Part shown: in pieces, positions 1 through 11,900 of the stretch
Numbering within the stretch: position 1 is the stretch's first letter
Layout: each line of letters starts with the position of its first letter
Origin: Catajapyx aquilonaris
Lineage: Eukaryota
Reading direction: 5' to 3'
Assembly: GCA_000934665.2 (NCBI GenBank)
Contig: KZ538937.1
Location: 1-39,453 of the forward strand
Length of the DNA: 39,453 bases
Translations under genes and position numbers: made by a program
The notes under the pieces: generated by a model
Seen by the model: the letters and a program-made list of their open reading frames with translations, nothing else
Databases searched by the model: none
Told to the model about the DNA's origin: nothing

Positions 1-308
1 CATCATTACTTGGTACAACATCCCCAATTAAACTTACTGATACATCAACACTAGCCTTATCACTTGCTGACAGCAAATCCTTAAAATATTCTCCCCAAAA
101 AAAAGAATAACAAGAATAACTATATACCGTGTGATAGCCTTTTTCATATTAATTTAAAATTGTCTTCTTGTTGCTGCTGAAGCCAATACTGCATCAAATG
201 CAGTGGAAGAGAGATGAATTTAGAAATAGATCTGAAAATCAGATGCTAATCCTGAGCTCCTGTGACCATTTTTAACTGTTGCAGTTTAACAAGTGGTTTT
301 TTTAAAAA

Positions 309-630
309 TTGCATTGCCCCACAGGGGGAGCTATACACTCCTTGGGGGGGGGAGATGGATTACCACCATTGGCATTTATTTGGAGCGAGTTAAGAAGATC
401 TTATTATTTACTCCAAGGGTGGGTAGGTAGGGGATGTGAAAAGTGCATGTGCGCTGTCGTTGAGTGGTCATTTTGTGAACTCCCCCGGGTGGATTAGTCT
501 TTAGGAAATTTCCACCCGAAATGAAGCCAGAGATGGCCCAACTCTGCACGGATAAAGGTGGGAACCCTGGGTGGGGATTGAACCCGGGACCTTCATATCC
601 GTGGGCGCACGCGTTACCGCTTCATCTCCC
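309..630 (-). mobile_element. tRNA-derived SINE family B (diverged)
   Basis: Reverse complement matches the head and body of 4463-4805 (B-box ggttcaatccc). Confidence 0.8.
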
Positions 631-1188
631 TGTTTTGAATGTTATTTGTAACACTGATTTCACATTGGCATAGCTCACAGATTTTAGAGAAATGTGCTAT
701 TAATTTTATGTAAAAATAGGTGTTGAGTGGGAATGTACATTTGAAAATGTTGATTCCTAAGTTATGATATCATTTCTCACTACTGTTGGCAGGAAATCCT
801 ACAAACATTGTCTGAAATAGCCCCCTAGAACTGTACATGTTTTTTTATGTCGACTTTGGAGCATGACCCCATGGTGTACAGTACTGAATCCTTCCCCCTC
901 TTTCCCCATTGAATGATTTGTCACAATGGCATCAACTCCTGACCACCCCCCTCCCAGTATGATGTAGGCCTACTGTACAGTACATCTGAACAGTGAGAAA
1001 TAATAATACAGTAGTAATCACTGAAACTGGTGCTGTTAGCGAATCATTGTTCCTGTGAGAACTCCTCCTTGCCTACCACACCTTTATAATTTGCGTCTTT
1101 GTCATAATTAATCATGGTGATACGTATTTTTAAGCCTACTAGATAACTTATGACATGGAAAAAGTTCCCATGCGTACATACCTTGTAT

Positions 1189-1588
1189 GGAAAGTCTATC
1201 GTATATCCGCACCTAGCGACGCGGCCAGGTTGGGAAGCCGTGGTGGGCTCCAAACATGTTGGCTACGGGTCGCAAACAATCGGTTGTCGGGAGAGCACAA
1301 CAAAGGGCGTCTTATTACCCCTGCCACGCGAACCGATCAGACGAGTGCTAGGACCACAGTATTAATGAAGGAGGTGGGAAATATGAAAGCCATGATGGTT
1401 GCTGCAGTCCATTAACCCAAAGAACGACACTTCATCAAGCATCAGTGAAGGCATTCGAATTTGGCTGGCAGCAGTATCAAGGCATCCGATTGTTTGCGAC
1501 ACGACGTTGCCAACCGTCGGGAGGCCCCCCGCCCACCCAACCCCAACCCGACCGCGTTGTTAAGGTGCGGATAAACAATAGTTTATCC
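1189..1588. mobile_element. MITE with GG termini and 8-bp TSD (Merlin-like or Mutator-like)
   Basis: TIR GGA(A/T)A..CTAT.GT.TATCCGCACC; TSD CCTTGTAT at 1181-1188 and 1589-1596; inner inverted blocks. Confidence 0.75.
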
Positions 1589-2047
1589 CCTTGTATTTGG
1601 CAATTTATCTCTCATCTGTATTGGTGAAAATTTGGTGGCTGTTTGTCTCACTTGCTTCATCTTCATTCATATTTATATTTGGCCTATAATTATGTGTGCC
1701 ATCTGAAGGTTCATTAAATAGCCTTTCCAAAGGTTTCTTTAGCTCACTGCTACACTTGAAGGTGAGGCAACAGGAGGTAATGAGTGACCTGAGATTTTCA
1801 CCATTATGAATGTGAGCTAAATTTTTGAGCACGAAGTATGTGAATCATGGTATTTTAGGACTTAATCAATATGACAAGAACCATAACCTAGATACCAAAA
1901 TAATAATTATGTTTCCAAAACCTTCCCAATGATATGACTGATATTACACAGGTGTTGATGAAACTAATGGGACCTGATTAAGGACTTTTTCTGCAGTTGG
2001 AGGTAGTGAAGCTGTCTACTTTAAATTATGTCATTTGTTTGATGCAG

Positions 2048-2185
2048 GGAGAAGTATGTGCAAATCCATGTCCACCTGGATTTTGGGGTGTCAACTGCAG
2101 CAAAGTTTGCGAATGTTCTAATGGAGCCACTTGCCATCAAGTGACGGGCAAGTGTGACTGCTTGCCTGGTTTCAAAGGAGAAAAG
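2048..2185 (+). CDS. drpr: draper exon (EGF: GEVCANPCPPGFWGVNC...GFKGEK)
   Basis: Acceptor tgcag before 2048, donor gtaagc after 2185; 46 codons, phase 0/0. Confidence 0.92.
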
Positions 2186-5100
2186 GTAAGCTTGTGTAGC
2201 ATGTAAGTGTTGGGAATTGGAAAATCTAGTACACCTAGTCCCAAACTCTTGCCAAAGGTAAAAATGCAGCAGGAATATTGTAATATAGATTTTTCATGAA
2301 GGAAAATTTTTGCCTAATTCTCATTTATATTTTATAAGAAGTTAGGAAATTCTGTGGTGTGGGGTTCAAGGGAATTTCGCATTAAAGAGACTCGCTGATG
2401 TAATTTTCATGGCCACAAATGACGCAAAATAATTAATGAAATGCCTTTCTGCAGTGGAATCATTTTATATTAACGTAATCATTGTTACATTTCAGTGTTT
2501 GGAGCAATGTCCATTTGGGTATTTTGGAAAGAACTGCAGCTCTGAGTGCACATGCCAAAATGGAGGGGAATGCTCACCTGTTAATGGTACTTGCACATGC
2601 CAAGATGGTTGGATTGGAAATGACTGCAGCATACGAGCTTGTCCAGAGCATTTGTTTGGCAGTGGATGTAGCAAGGTGTGCTCTTGTGATGCCAACAATA
2701 CAAAGATGTAAGTTTATGCTTTTGTATTGTAGTACTTTGGCACGTAGATAGTTTTGTTACCTTCTTGCAGTTGCCTTTTTCTTGTTGTTTAAAGAGTTTG
2801 TTATGACAGAAAATGCATTCACCAGACATGAAAGATATAGGCATCAATTATACAGGGTGAAGGGAAACTCGAGCCAAATTGCCAGGTAGACTTATAGTAC
2901 TCGTAAAACTAATATAGGGATGTCCAATTAGTTTTGGGCGCTGTTGCATAGTTAATGTGTAAGGCACCGTCAAAGTTTCATGACGTCATATCTGTTCCGC
3001 CAGCTATAAAGAAGCAAAAGCCAGCCCAAGGGCCTCCAAACAATCTAGTCTTGGGTCCGTAACACATTGTCCATGTGCAATAGGTGATCATATCCCGTCA
3101 AAGTAAGAATCCGTGTACGACACCTGTACACTTGTCATTTTTACCTCATATTTTACCATCCGGCCCTCTACATTTAGGCGCCGTATGCATTAACTACGCA
3201 CAGGTGCCCGAAACTAATTGCACATCTCTATATTAGTTTTGCGAGTACTATCAGTCTACCTGGCGATGTGGTGCGAGTTTCCCTTCACCCTGTATAGCAG
3301 ACATCATGCATGGCTGTAGGTGAAATTTCCTGCCCTTGTAATTATAGGAAATGCTGATGGTGTTTAGGAATCCCATCAACACCAAAATTGGGTGGCCAAG
3401 ACTTAGCAGGTTTTTTCTTTTTCGGTAGGATAGGCCTGTTAAAGGTCTAAACTCATATCGACTTGAAACTACGACTTGTGCGTCAAAGTCGAACTTGTGC
3501 CCGAAATTCGTACTTTTGCGTGTGTTGGAATGCCGTTTCTGCATGCATGGAGGCCTCTTGTTGACATTGGTTGACCTTGGTTGCCATTCACCGTGCGCAA
3601 CTGTTGGCACCCTGGTGCGTGTGGGCCCCAGGTCGATCGATATGCAACAATTCGATGCAACGCAATTGCTATGCATTGTGGGTTCGTGTTGACATTCACC
3701 GCGCGCATCTGTTGGCGCCTTGTGCGTGCGTCGTCGATCTATTCCAGGTAGATCATACGCACAAGCACGACCAGTAACCAATCACAGTCCTCGTGTGTGG
3801 TCACGTTCTCCCCTGCTTGCCACTCCCAATGTCTTCTTCTTTTGGCACCCCTGCCAATTGACCATTGTCAAGTTTCCCGCCTGTAGAGGCGGAAATCTGG
3901 CTGGTGGTCAAAGAGCAACAAAATGCCATCATCCACTGAAGTCTCGAATTGCCTGCCCATTGTGGATGGGCCCTGCTTGTCCACATATGGTGGTCTGACC
4001 AAGAGGCTGCAGATCATCTTGGCGTGAGGAGGAACCTGCCCTTCCCTTGTCATATGCCTGAAGTGAATCGGCCCCGTGGCACTGTGGCAGACTGCCCCTT
4101 GAGCGATTTGTGAATTGAGTGCGACTTTCTCATACCTTCCCATTGTTCATGGGCTCTGCTCTAGCACGTCTGGTGGTCTGGACCCGGGACATCACCAAAT
4201 GTGACTGATGTTACGCAAATGCATCCCTATAATACGTTTATTGTCGGGGTCAAAATTCTCAGACACGTGGTTTATTAGTTTCGTTTATTAGGAAGGAGCC
4301 AAAGCAATGACTTTTAAAAGGCACAAACGTAGACTTCAGCACATGACCAATGGAATGCTGTATACGTTTTTCTAGTTACATTTTCACAGAAAAGCCAACA
4401 GTATTACAAAGTTGCGTTTTCCTCGTCTTCCTCCTTCTTTGTATACGTTTATTTAGTTCTGAGGGAGGCGGAGTGGTGCTGCGGTAACATATGCACCCAC
4501 GGGTGTTAAGGTCCCGGGTTCGATCCCAACCCGGGGACACCCCGTTCATCTCGTGCAGAGTTCAGGGTCACCGCTGGCTTCGTCTCGGGTGGTATTTCCA
4601 ACAGACTAAACCACCTGGGGGAGTTCACTAAAAATGGCCACAGCGTCAGATGCACTGCACCTTGCACATCCCCTCCTGTCATCCTGCCCGTGGGCCCAGG
4701 CGCTTCAAATAACTGGCTCCATGTACATAATGGTTCAATAAAGGTTCCGTGTGATATACCCCCACCGGGGGTGAAAGCACTTACCCAGGATTATTATTAT
4801 TATTATTATTTAGTTCTGACCACTTCCACCAATGAATAAAAATTCTCCTATAAAGGCCCCATTTTCACCTTCCAAAGTCTCGGGGGGGGGGGGGGGGGGN
4901 NNNGGGGGGCACCCCCTAACCACAGTATTTTGCAATATGGCTGAAACTTGATATGCAGCGTTATGGCATAGTTCTGTACTGCCGGGATTTTTTCCCTGTG
5001 AAATCCGAGATGGTCGAGCAACATTTCTGCGCTCTCATGATTCGGAATGGCCCAACTATTTCGAGAAATAAGGTTGTTTGATTGCCCGGAGGTCAAAAGT

Positions 5101-8100
5101 GAAGTTCAGACAAAAGGAATGCTCATAATTGTGAGTTACGAGTGACCTAAGGAACATGGAAATAGGGATGAAATTCCATGGACAAGGAAAGTGTTAGTGT
5201 CATTACCTAACAAAGTTACATTAACCATTTAAAAAACAATCAAATGAAAAGTGAATAGCCAAATAGTAGTCCCTCTTCACTCCTCAAAAAATCTCTGGCT
5301 AGTCTGCCCCGTATCCAGACCACCAGACGTGCTAGAGAAGAGCCCATTCACAATGGGCAGGCAATAATGAGCATTGAGCATCAAGTCGCAATCGACTCAA
5401 AATACGCTCCAGCAGGGATAGGCTGCCAGGAGGCAGATTGACTTCAGACACATGGAAAGGGAAGGGCAGGTCACTCTTCACTTTTAAAGAATTCTCAGGA
5501 TGATCTGCCCGGGGGCCAGACCACCAGATGCGGACAAGCAGAGCCCATCCACAATGGGCAGGTAATACATGACTCCCGCGAATGACAGCATTTCGCCGCC
5601 ATTTTGACATCATGCCGCTAGAGGTACGAAACTGGAACGTGGTCAATGTAATTGTTGACATTCGATTGTTGCACTGTTAGATTATCGTACTGCAAGACAT
5701 ACTTAGTCAGATATTAACGGGGTTATTCCAGACCATGTAGGTCCCTAAACCCCGGGCCCCACATAGGGCCTATATCATCACTCTTAAGTCCCTTTCATCG
5801 TGGTCCGCCAGAGGCACATGTGCCCTCGGGGATGGAATTGCATGCGCATGCGCAGCCGGCGTGGCGGGATGGATTCGAACACGCATAAGTTCGACTTTTA
5901 CGCACAAGTCGATATGGAAACAGCCCTGGTTCCCAAGCAAACAAGGCCATGGAAACGCACATGCAAAAGTACGATTTTGACACACAAGTCGTAGTTTCAA
6001 GTTGATATGAGTTTAGACCTTAAGGATTTTTGTTTACAAATAGCAAATAAGAAAATAATAGAGGGAGGTGGAGTGGGACTTTAGGGTGTTCTACAATTCA
6101 CCCGAAAAAACTTCGGGGCTGAACTCCTGAGCACCAGTTGATCACTTTATGACAGGTGTCATGCGTCTCCACAGTGTAGTTACAAAGGTAATGGGCCATT
6201 TATCACCTTCTTCTTGTATCACAGCGGTTCTCAAACTGTGGGGTGCCCCCCCCCCCCCCCNGTGCAGTCAGATAATAGCAGACAAGTCTGTTATATCTGG
6301 ATTCAACTGCACTTGTACATTGGCACTGCTGGAAATATGAATGGACCGATCTTTCTACTTGCTTATATCCGATGTGCTCACAGTATAGGAGGATTCCACT
6401 GTACTTTGTCAGTTATTACATTCACCTAAGATTGTGTGAACTTGAACAAAAAGAAACAAAAAAAACCAAAAAAAACCTGCGACGGAGTTATTGGGTTTGG
6501 GGCGGGGGAGGGGATATCTGAAATTACTTTCCCGGGGGGCCCGATGTGGCAAAGGTAGAGAACCGCTGTTGTATCATCATTACTCTGGTGACCTTGTCAT
6601 TAAAGTACATGAGGCATATCCTTATGGAAAAGTTGCGCTGTTGGATTTGGCAGCAACTTGCTCAGTTAATGGGCCTTGACCTAAGGGTCAATTTTTCTGA
6701 AGGCCGAAGAAAATCTACCGTGCTAGAGGCACTCAAAGTAGGACTTTCACGGACTTTCAGGTGGCTCTCATCGGGCTAATTTTCATATATGTTGTAGAGT
6801 TTCAAGCTGAGTCGAATGAGCCATGTGGCGATTCTCTGTGACAAACCATTTGGCCACTAGATGCAACCGAGTTCAACAACAGATCTTGTATCTACTGTGC
6901 GGTACTGGGAATGTAAGTGCGACATAAAAATAACTGCCAAATGGTTAGTGACAGAAAATCGACTCATTCGACTCAGCACGTGAACCTCTATAACATATAT
7001 GAAAATTAGCCCGATATCCGCTGCCTGAAAGTCCGTGAAAGTCCGACTTTGAGCGCCTCTAGCGGCCAAACAGCATGGTAGATTTACATTGCCCTTCAGA
7101 ACAATTGACCCTTAGGTCAAGGTCCATCAACTGACCAAGTTTCAGCCAAATCCAACAGCACAACTTTTCCACTAGCAAGAACATATAGTTTGAAATGTGC
7201 CCCATGTACACTCCGAATCACATAAGTGTGAACCTTTTTGGATATCCATACACCCGAGGAATCGGTGAGCCACCACGCCGCAAAATTAGTCCCCGGTATC
7301 TATGACTTTCTAGTGCTGGTGCATGTAATATTCGAATGCCTAATTATCATGGGCAGCCCATGTGGTAGCTGCAGCGCTACACAAACTGCACCTTTTGTGG
7401 TGAACAGTGGTAGGGCCCGGCATGTTGGGCACTACTTTCGGCAGTTCACCAACCACTCGGGTGTATGCATATCGAAAAAGGTTCACTCTTATGTGAATTG
7501 GAGAGTATGGTGGGATGCAATCCTTCCAGCATATGTTACACTATTTAATAAATAGCTCATTATCTGAATAACTAGACTGGTGACACCAAACATCACCTCA
7601 GTGCATTATGTGATCCACTGGTGCTCAGGAGTTTACCCTAGAAGTTTTTTGAGTGAATTATGAAACATTATGTATATTGTATAGTGGATGGGAAGGTCCT
7701 GGGTTTGAGCCTTATCCCAGATTTTTAAAATTTTTTATCTTATGCGGATTTGTAGGTCTGAATGACTTGGTCTCTGAGGAATTTTCAGTAAATTGACTAC
7801 CATGGAGGAACTATCGAATAATTTCACTTCTGGTACTAGTTACCCATCTAACGAGTGTCATCCATCAATAACTGTCTCCATAGTAGTGGCGTACTAACAG
7901 CCCAGTCCTCAGCACCGCTTGGATAATAGCAGCCAAGCAGACACCAATTTTTTTTGTTTGCCAGTAACTACCAATGTATGGAAGTTATCTTGTTTTGGTT
8001 GGGATTCAGATGAGACAGTAAGTCTACACAGCCACAAGAAATTGGCATAAAAAACTTACTTCAGTTCTTGGTAATGACCACACCAGTTCGACACATAGGT

Positions 8101-8895
8101 TATGATCATGTTATTTTAATTATCATGTTTCATTCAATTGTAATCTTTATTCAGGTGTCACCCATGGACTGGAGAATGTGTGTGTAAACCTGGATTTAGT
8201 GGTAGAACCTGCTCCCGCCCGTGTCCACTCTTCACATATGGAGAAAGCTGCAGGAAACTGTGCAGATGCAAAGATGATAATGCATTTTGTGACAATGTCA
8301 ATGGTACCTGCACTTGCTCTGCTGGTATGTCTGGTATCTTGGGATCATTTAAAATAGTTTTGATGCTTGACACTATGACTATTGTCATATTGCAGCTACC
8401 TTGCCAACCTTCCTGAGCAGATTTCAACATGTTCCCAGTGAACATCTGGTTGCTAGTAGTAATGCAGGTCATTTAAAATGAACACAACAGATTTAACAAA
8501 CCGAGTCTCCATGTGTACTGAGCCCTGAGAGCATATCTTTTTGCGTACACACTTTTAGCAGCAAATTGAATGTGTCTAATTTTTTCCCTACAAATCATGC
8601 TCCTATCATTAATCTTGAGCCTGCAATTGCCTGGTTTTGGTGTGGAGATGCATATTTAGATGCAGGGTGAAGGGAAACTCGCACGCAAGAGCCAGATAGA
8701 CTGATAGTACTTGCAAAACTAATATAGGGATGCACAATTAATTTTTGGCTCTGTTGAGTAGTTAATGCGTACAGCTCCCTTACCGTATAGAGGGCCGGAT
8801 GGTGGAATATGAAGCAAAAACGGCAAAGTGCATGGGTGTCATACCCGGATTCTTACTCTGACAGGATTTGATCGCCTTTTGCACATGGACGATGT

Positions 8896-8961
<66 letters not shown>

Positions 8962-11900
8962 TGGGTATAGTGCCGTACCTCAGCCGAGGTTTTGACACGG
9001 ACCTTTATTTGCCAAGGTGTACATGAATTTGGACAGCGAAGAGCCCTGGTCCGAGGGCAGGGTGACTGGGAGGGGATGTGCAATGTGCAGTGCAATGTCA
9101 GCACTATGGTCATTTTGTGAGCTCCCTCGAGTGGTTCGTCTATTGGAAATCCCACCCTAGACGAAGCCGGAGATGACCCCGAACTCCGCACGAGATGAAA
9201 GGGGGGGAATGCCAGGGCTTGGTATCGAATCCAGGACCCTTACATTCGTGGGCGCATACGTTACCACCAGGCCTATGACACTCCTCGAATACGGTAGGTT
9301 AACACCTGTGTCCTGGCCAGACGGCGCTGATGGCGGAAAATGGCGGATGTCCCTCCAGTGGAGCCTCCATATGGCTGCCGCCATCTTGAAGGCTCATTCC
9401 GGTTGGCTGGCAAGTCAATCTGCCTACGGGTGGATGCCAAAAAAAAATATGCAAAACAATAAGTACGGTACTGCTCGGTACTGCTAGCTATCTTTAGTCA
9501 TGTCTAAATAAAATAAATAATACACTTACAATGCCCTTTTACAATCACCTCCTGCTCGCTTGACATTTTTGGTGTGTCCAGGAATGCCTTCTGCACAATT
9601 TACCGAGCATTGTAAGTGTACTATTTATTTCATTTAGACATGACTAAAGATAGCTAGCAGTACCGTACTTATTTTTCGGTATATATTTTTTGGCATCCAC
9701 CCTTAGGCAGATTGACTTGCCAGCCAACCGGAATGAGTCTTCAAGATGGCGGCAGCCATATGGAGGCTCCACTGGAGGGACATCCGCCATGTTCCGCCAT
9801 CAGCGCCGTCTGGCCAGGACACAGTTATTAACCTACCGTCATCATACATGTAGGTGGGCTGTGTCAGGGGGCTGGTTACCACAAAGCCACTTCGCCTTCC
9901 CCATGATGTGTTAATGGACCAAGTCAAGGGACCAGAGGCCCTTGAACTGACTTCTCGGAAGCTGGCGGAACGGATGTGATGTCACAAGACTTTGACGGCG
10001 CTGTACGCATTAACTACGCAACGGAACCCAAAACTAATTGCACATCCCTATATTAGCTTTACGAGTACTATCAGTCTACCTGCCGATTTGGCACGAGTTT
10101 CCCTTCGCCCTGTATACTTTGCCTAGATTGAGTATAGGAAGTACCAGTTTGATGCCTTTTCATTTTACATTTTTTCACACGCCGGTTTTTAAAATCACCT
10201 TTCAACAATGTTTTCATTGGCAAATTTCAAAAAATGTGAAAATAGCAAAACAAACATAAGCACATTTCTGCAACAGTAACCAGCAATAACCATCCCCAAC
10301 ACTGGTACTGCAGTGGGCCAAAAATCCACCACTTGTTTTATCCCATTTTAAAGAAGCTTCCTATTGATCCATGCAATTTTAGATGGCCACCACTGCTACT
10401 AGCAATAAGCATTTTGATTGATTGATTGATGGTTTTATGAAGCAAAAGCATCAAAGACACCTGACTGTAACATTCAATATTTCAACTAGCCAAAAGGCTT
10501 GCTGCTGGTGGCAACGACCATCCAAAGTGGTGGTGGTTTTTGTGCCAAACTTTTTAATTGTAATCTACATCTATTTATTGAAGAACAAATTTGTGTGAAA
10601 TTATAATATGCAAAGTCTAGTGACCATATGTATAAGATTAATTTCACCAGTGAAAAGCTAAATTGCTTGTTTTGTTCATTGCCAACAGGTTACTTGGGTG
10701 ATGACTGTAGCAAACGTTGCCCTCCAGATCGATTTGGACTTGGCTGTGAGCAGAAATGTGTATGTCAGCATGCAAAGAATTGCTCACACAAGAATGGACT
10801 TTGCTTATGTAATCCAGGTAATCCAGAAGATTTCCCTTTATGCTGTGAGTAGCTTCTAATGCAGAATAATTGTGTTACAGGATGGACTGGTATTACATGT
10901 GATGCTCCATGTCAGGAAGGCTTTTATGGAAAAAACTGTGCTGAGAAATGCAAATGTGGGAACAAAGGCTCATGTCATCTAACAACAGGTAATAATTCTC
11001 TCTGCACTGAATTTTTTAATGTGTCGATTTGATTGGTTTTGCATACGCCATAGATCATGCAAGTGATATGTGTATAAGTGTATATAATATGTATATCCTC
11101 CTGAGACCTGGTGTCGACATATGTCGACATCAGCAAAAGATTTTTTTGGCGCCAACCAGTGATGCCAACAGAACTGTAATATGCTGGTATCCCATGGTTA
11201 CAATCTGGCCTCAATAGCTGTAGCCACCTAGCGTCGAATATCTGGCTTGGGCCGCGAAAATTAAATCGCGGACAAAATGGCGGATTCCGCTGCTGAAGCT
11301 AGGCGCTCATCTGATCAGTTTTATTTTTTTACTCACATTTAGAATGCGATTTTCGCAATGCAGTGAATGTCCTGGGATTCGCAAGGAATGTGTCTTAGGA
11401 ACTGCGAAAAGATGATTCTGTGACAATCTTTGTTGCTGTAGGGAACTGGTAATTTTCTTTTCTTCCTGAGACCAAATGCCCATTTAAATGGACATCCGAA
11501 AAATGGCATTTTTAGCTGAATGGGTGTGACTTTTCTTTACGTGCCTGTACCTATACACCCATAAGGAAGTGCGCTTTTCACTATGCAGTTCAGTTTTAAA
11601 ATCTAGAATAGCAAGGTACCACTTTAGCGGGTAAGAAGGGAAGGAGCAAGCCCCATGCCTGGAGTGGTGGCGTTAAAAAATAATTTCATTTATCTTTAAT
11701 TGTCTTCTGAGAAAAATTGCTACCACGAATACCACAAATAAATTTTAAAAACATTGTTTGGAGGATAGAGCACTATGTGAGTGATCCCTTAAGTGGTATT
11801 TCAATTTTCAGCTTTCATCCGTTCTGCTTTTGTAGCACCAATTGGGTCCTAATGTTCTCATTGGTTGTTTGTCGCCATTTTTGTCGATATTTTAAAACTA

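Larger units (their letters stand above)
6084..7668. mobile_element. Old Tc1/mariner-type MITE containing younger insertions (ends approximate)
   Basis: aattcacccgaaaaaacttc...aactcctgagcaccagttgatcac near 6095-6145 is inverted near 7609-7660. Confidence 0.7.
8902..9904 (-). mobile_element. SINE family B with its head split by a nested hAT-type insertion
   Basis: TSD GATGTGTTAAT at 8891-8901 and 9905-9915; (TTA)n tail to 8960; head pieces at 9875-9904 and below 9268. Confidence 0.85.
8663..10112. mobile_element. MITE family M1, opposite orientation, host of nested insertions
   Basis: Same TIRs; the interior matches the reverse complement of 2853-3292 once 8902-9915 is removed. Confidence 0.88.

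Noticed and set aside
3555..3735. CRISPR-like repeat-spacer pattern
   Set aside because: Only two or three degenerate, irregular repeats inside a transposon, in eukaryotic DNA with no cas genes.
3251..3998. Overlapping ORFs up to 176 aa as a transposase or Myb protein
   Set aside because: No DDE or SANT motifs recognised; GC-rich subterminal repeats.
10316..10546. Degenerate inverted repeat
   Set aside because: Arms short and mismatched with no TSD; not supportable as a defined element.
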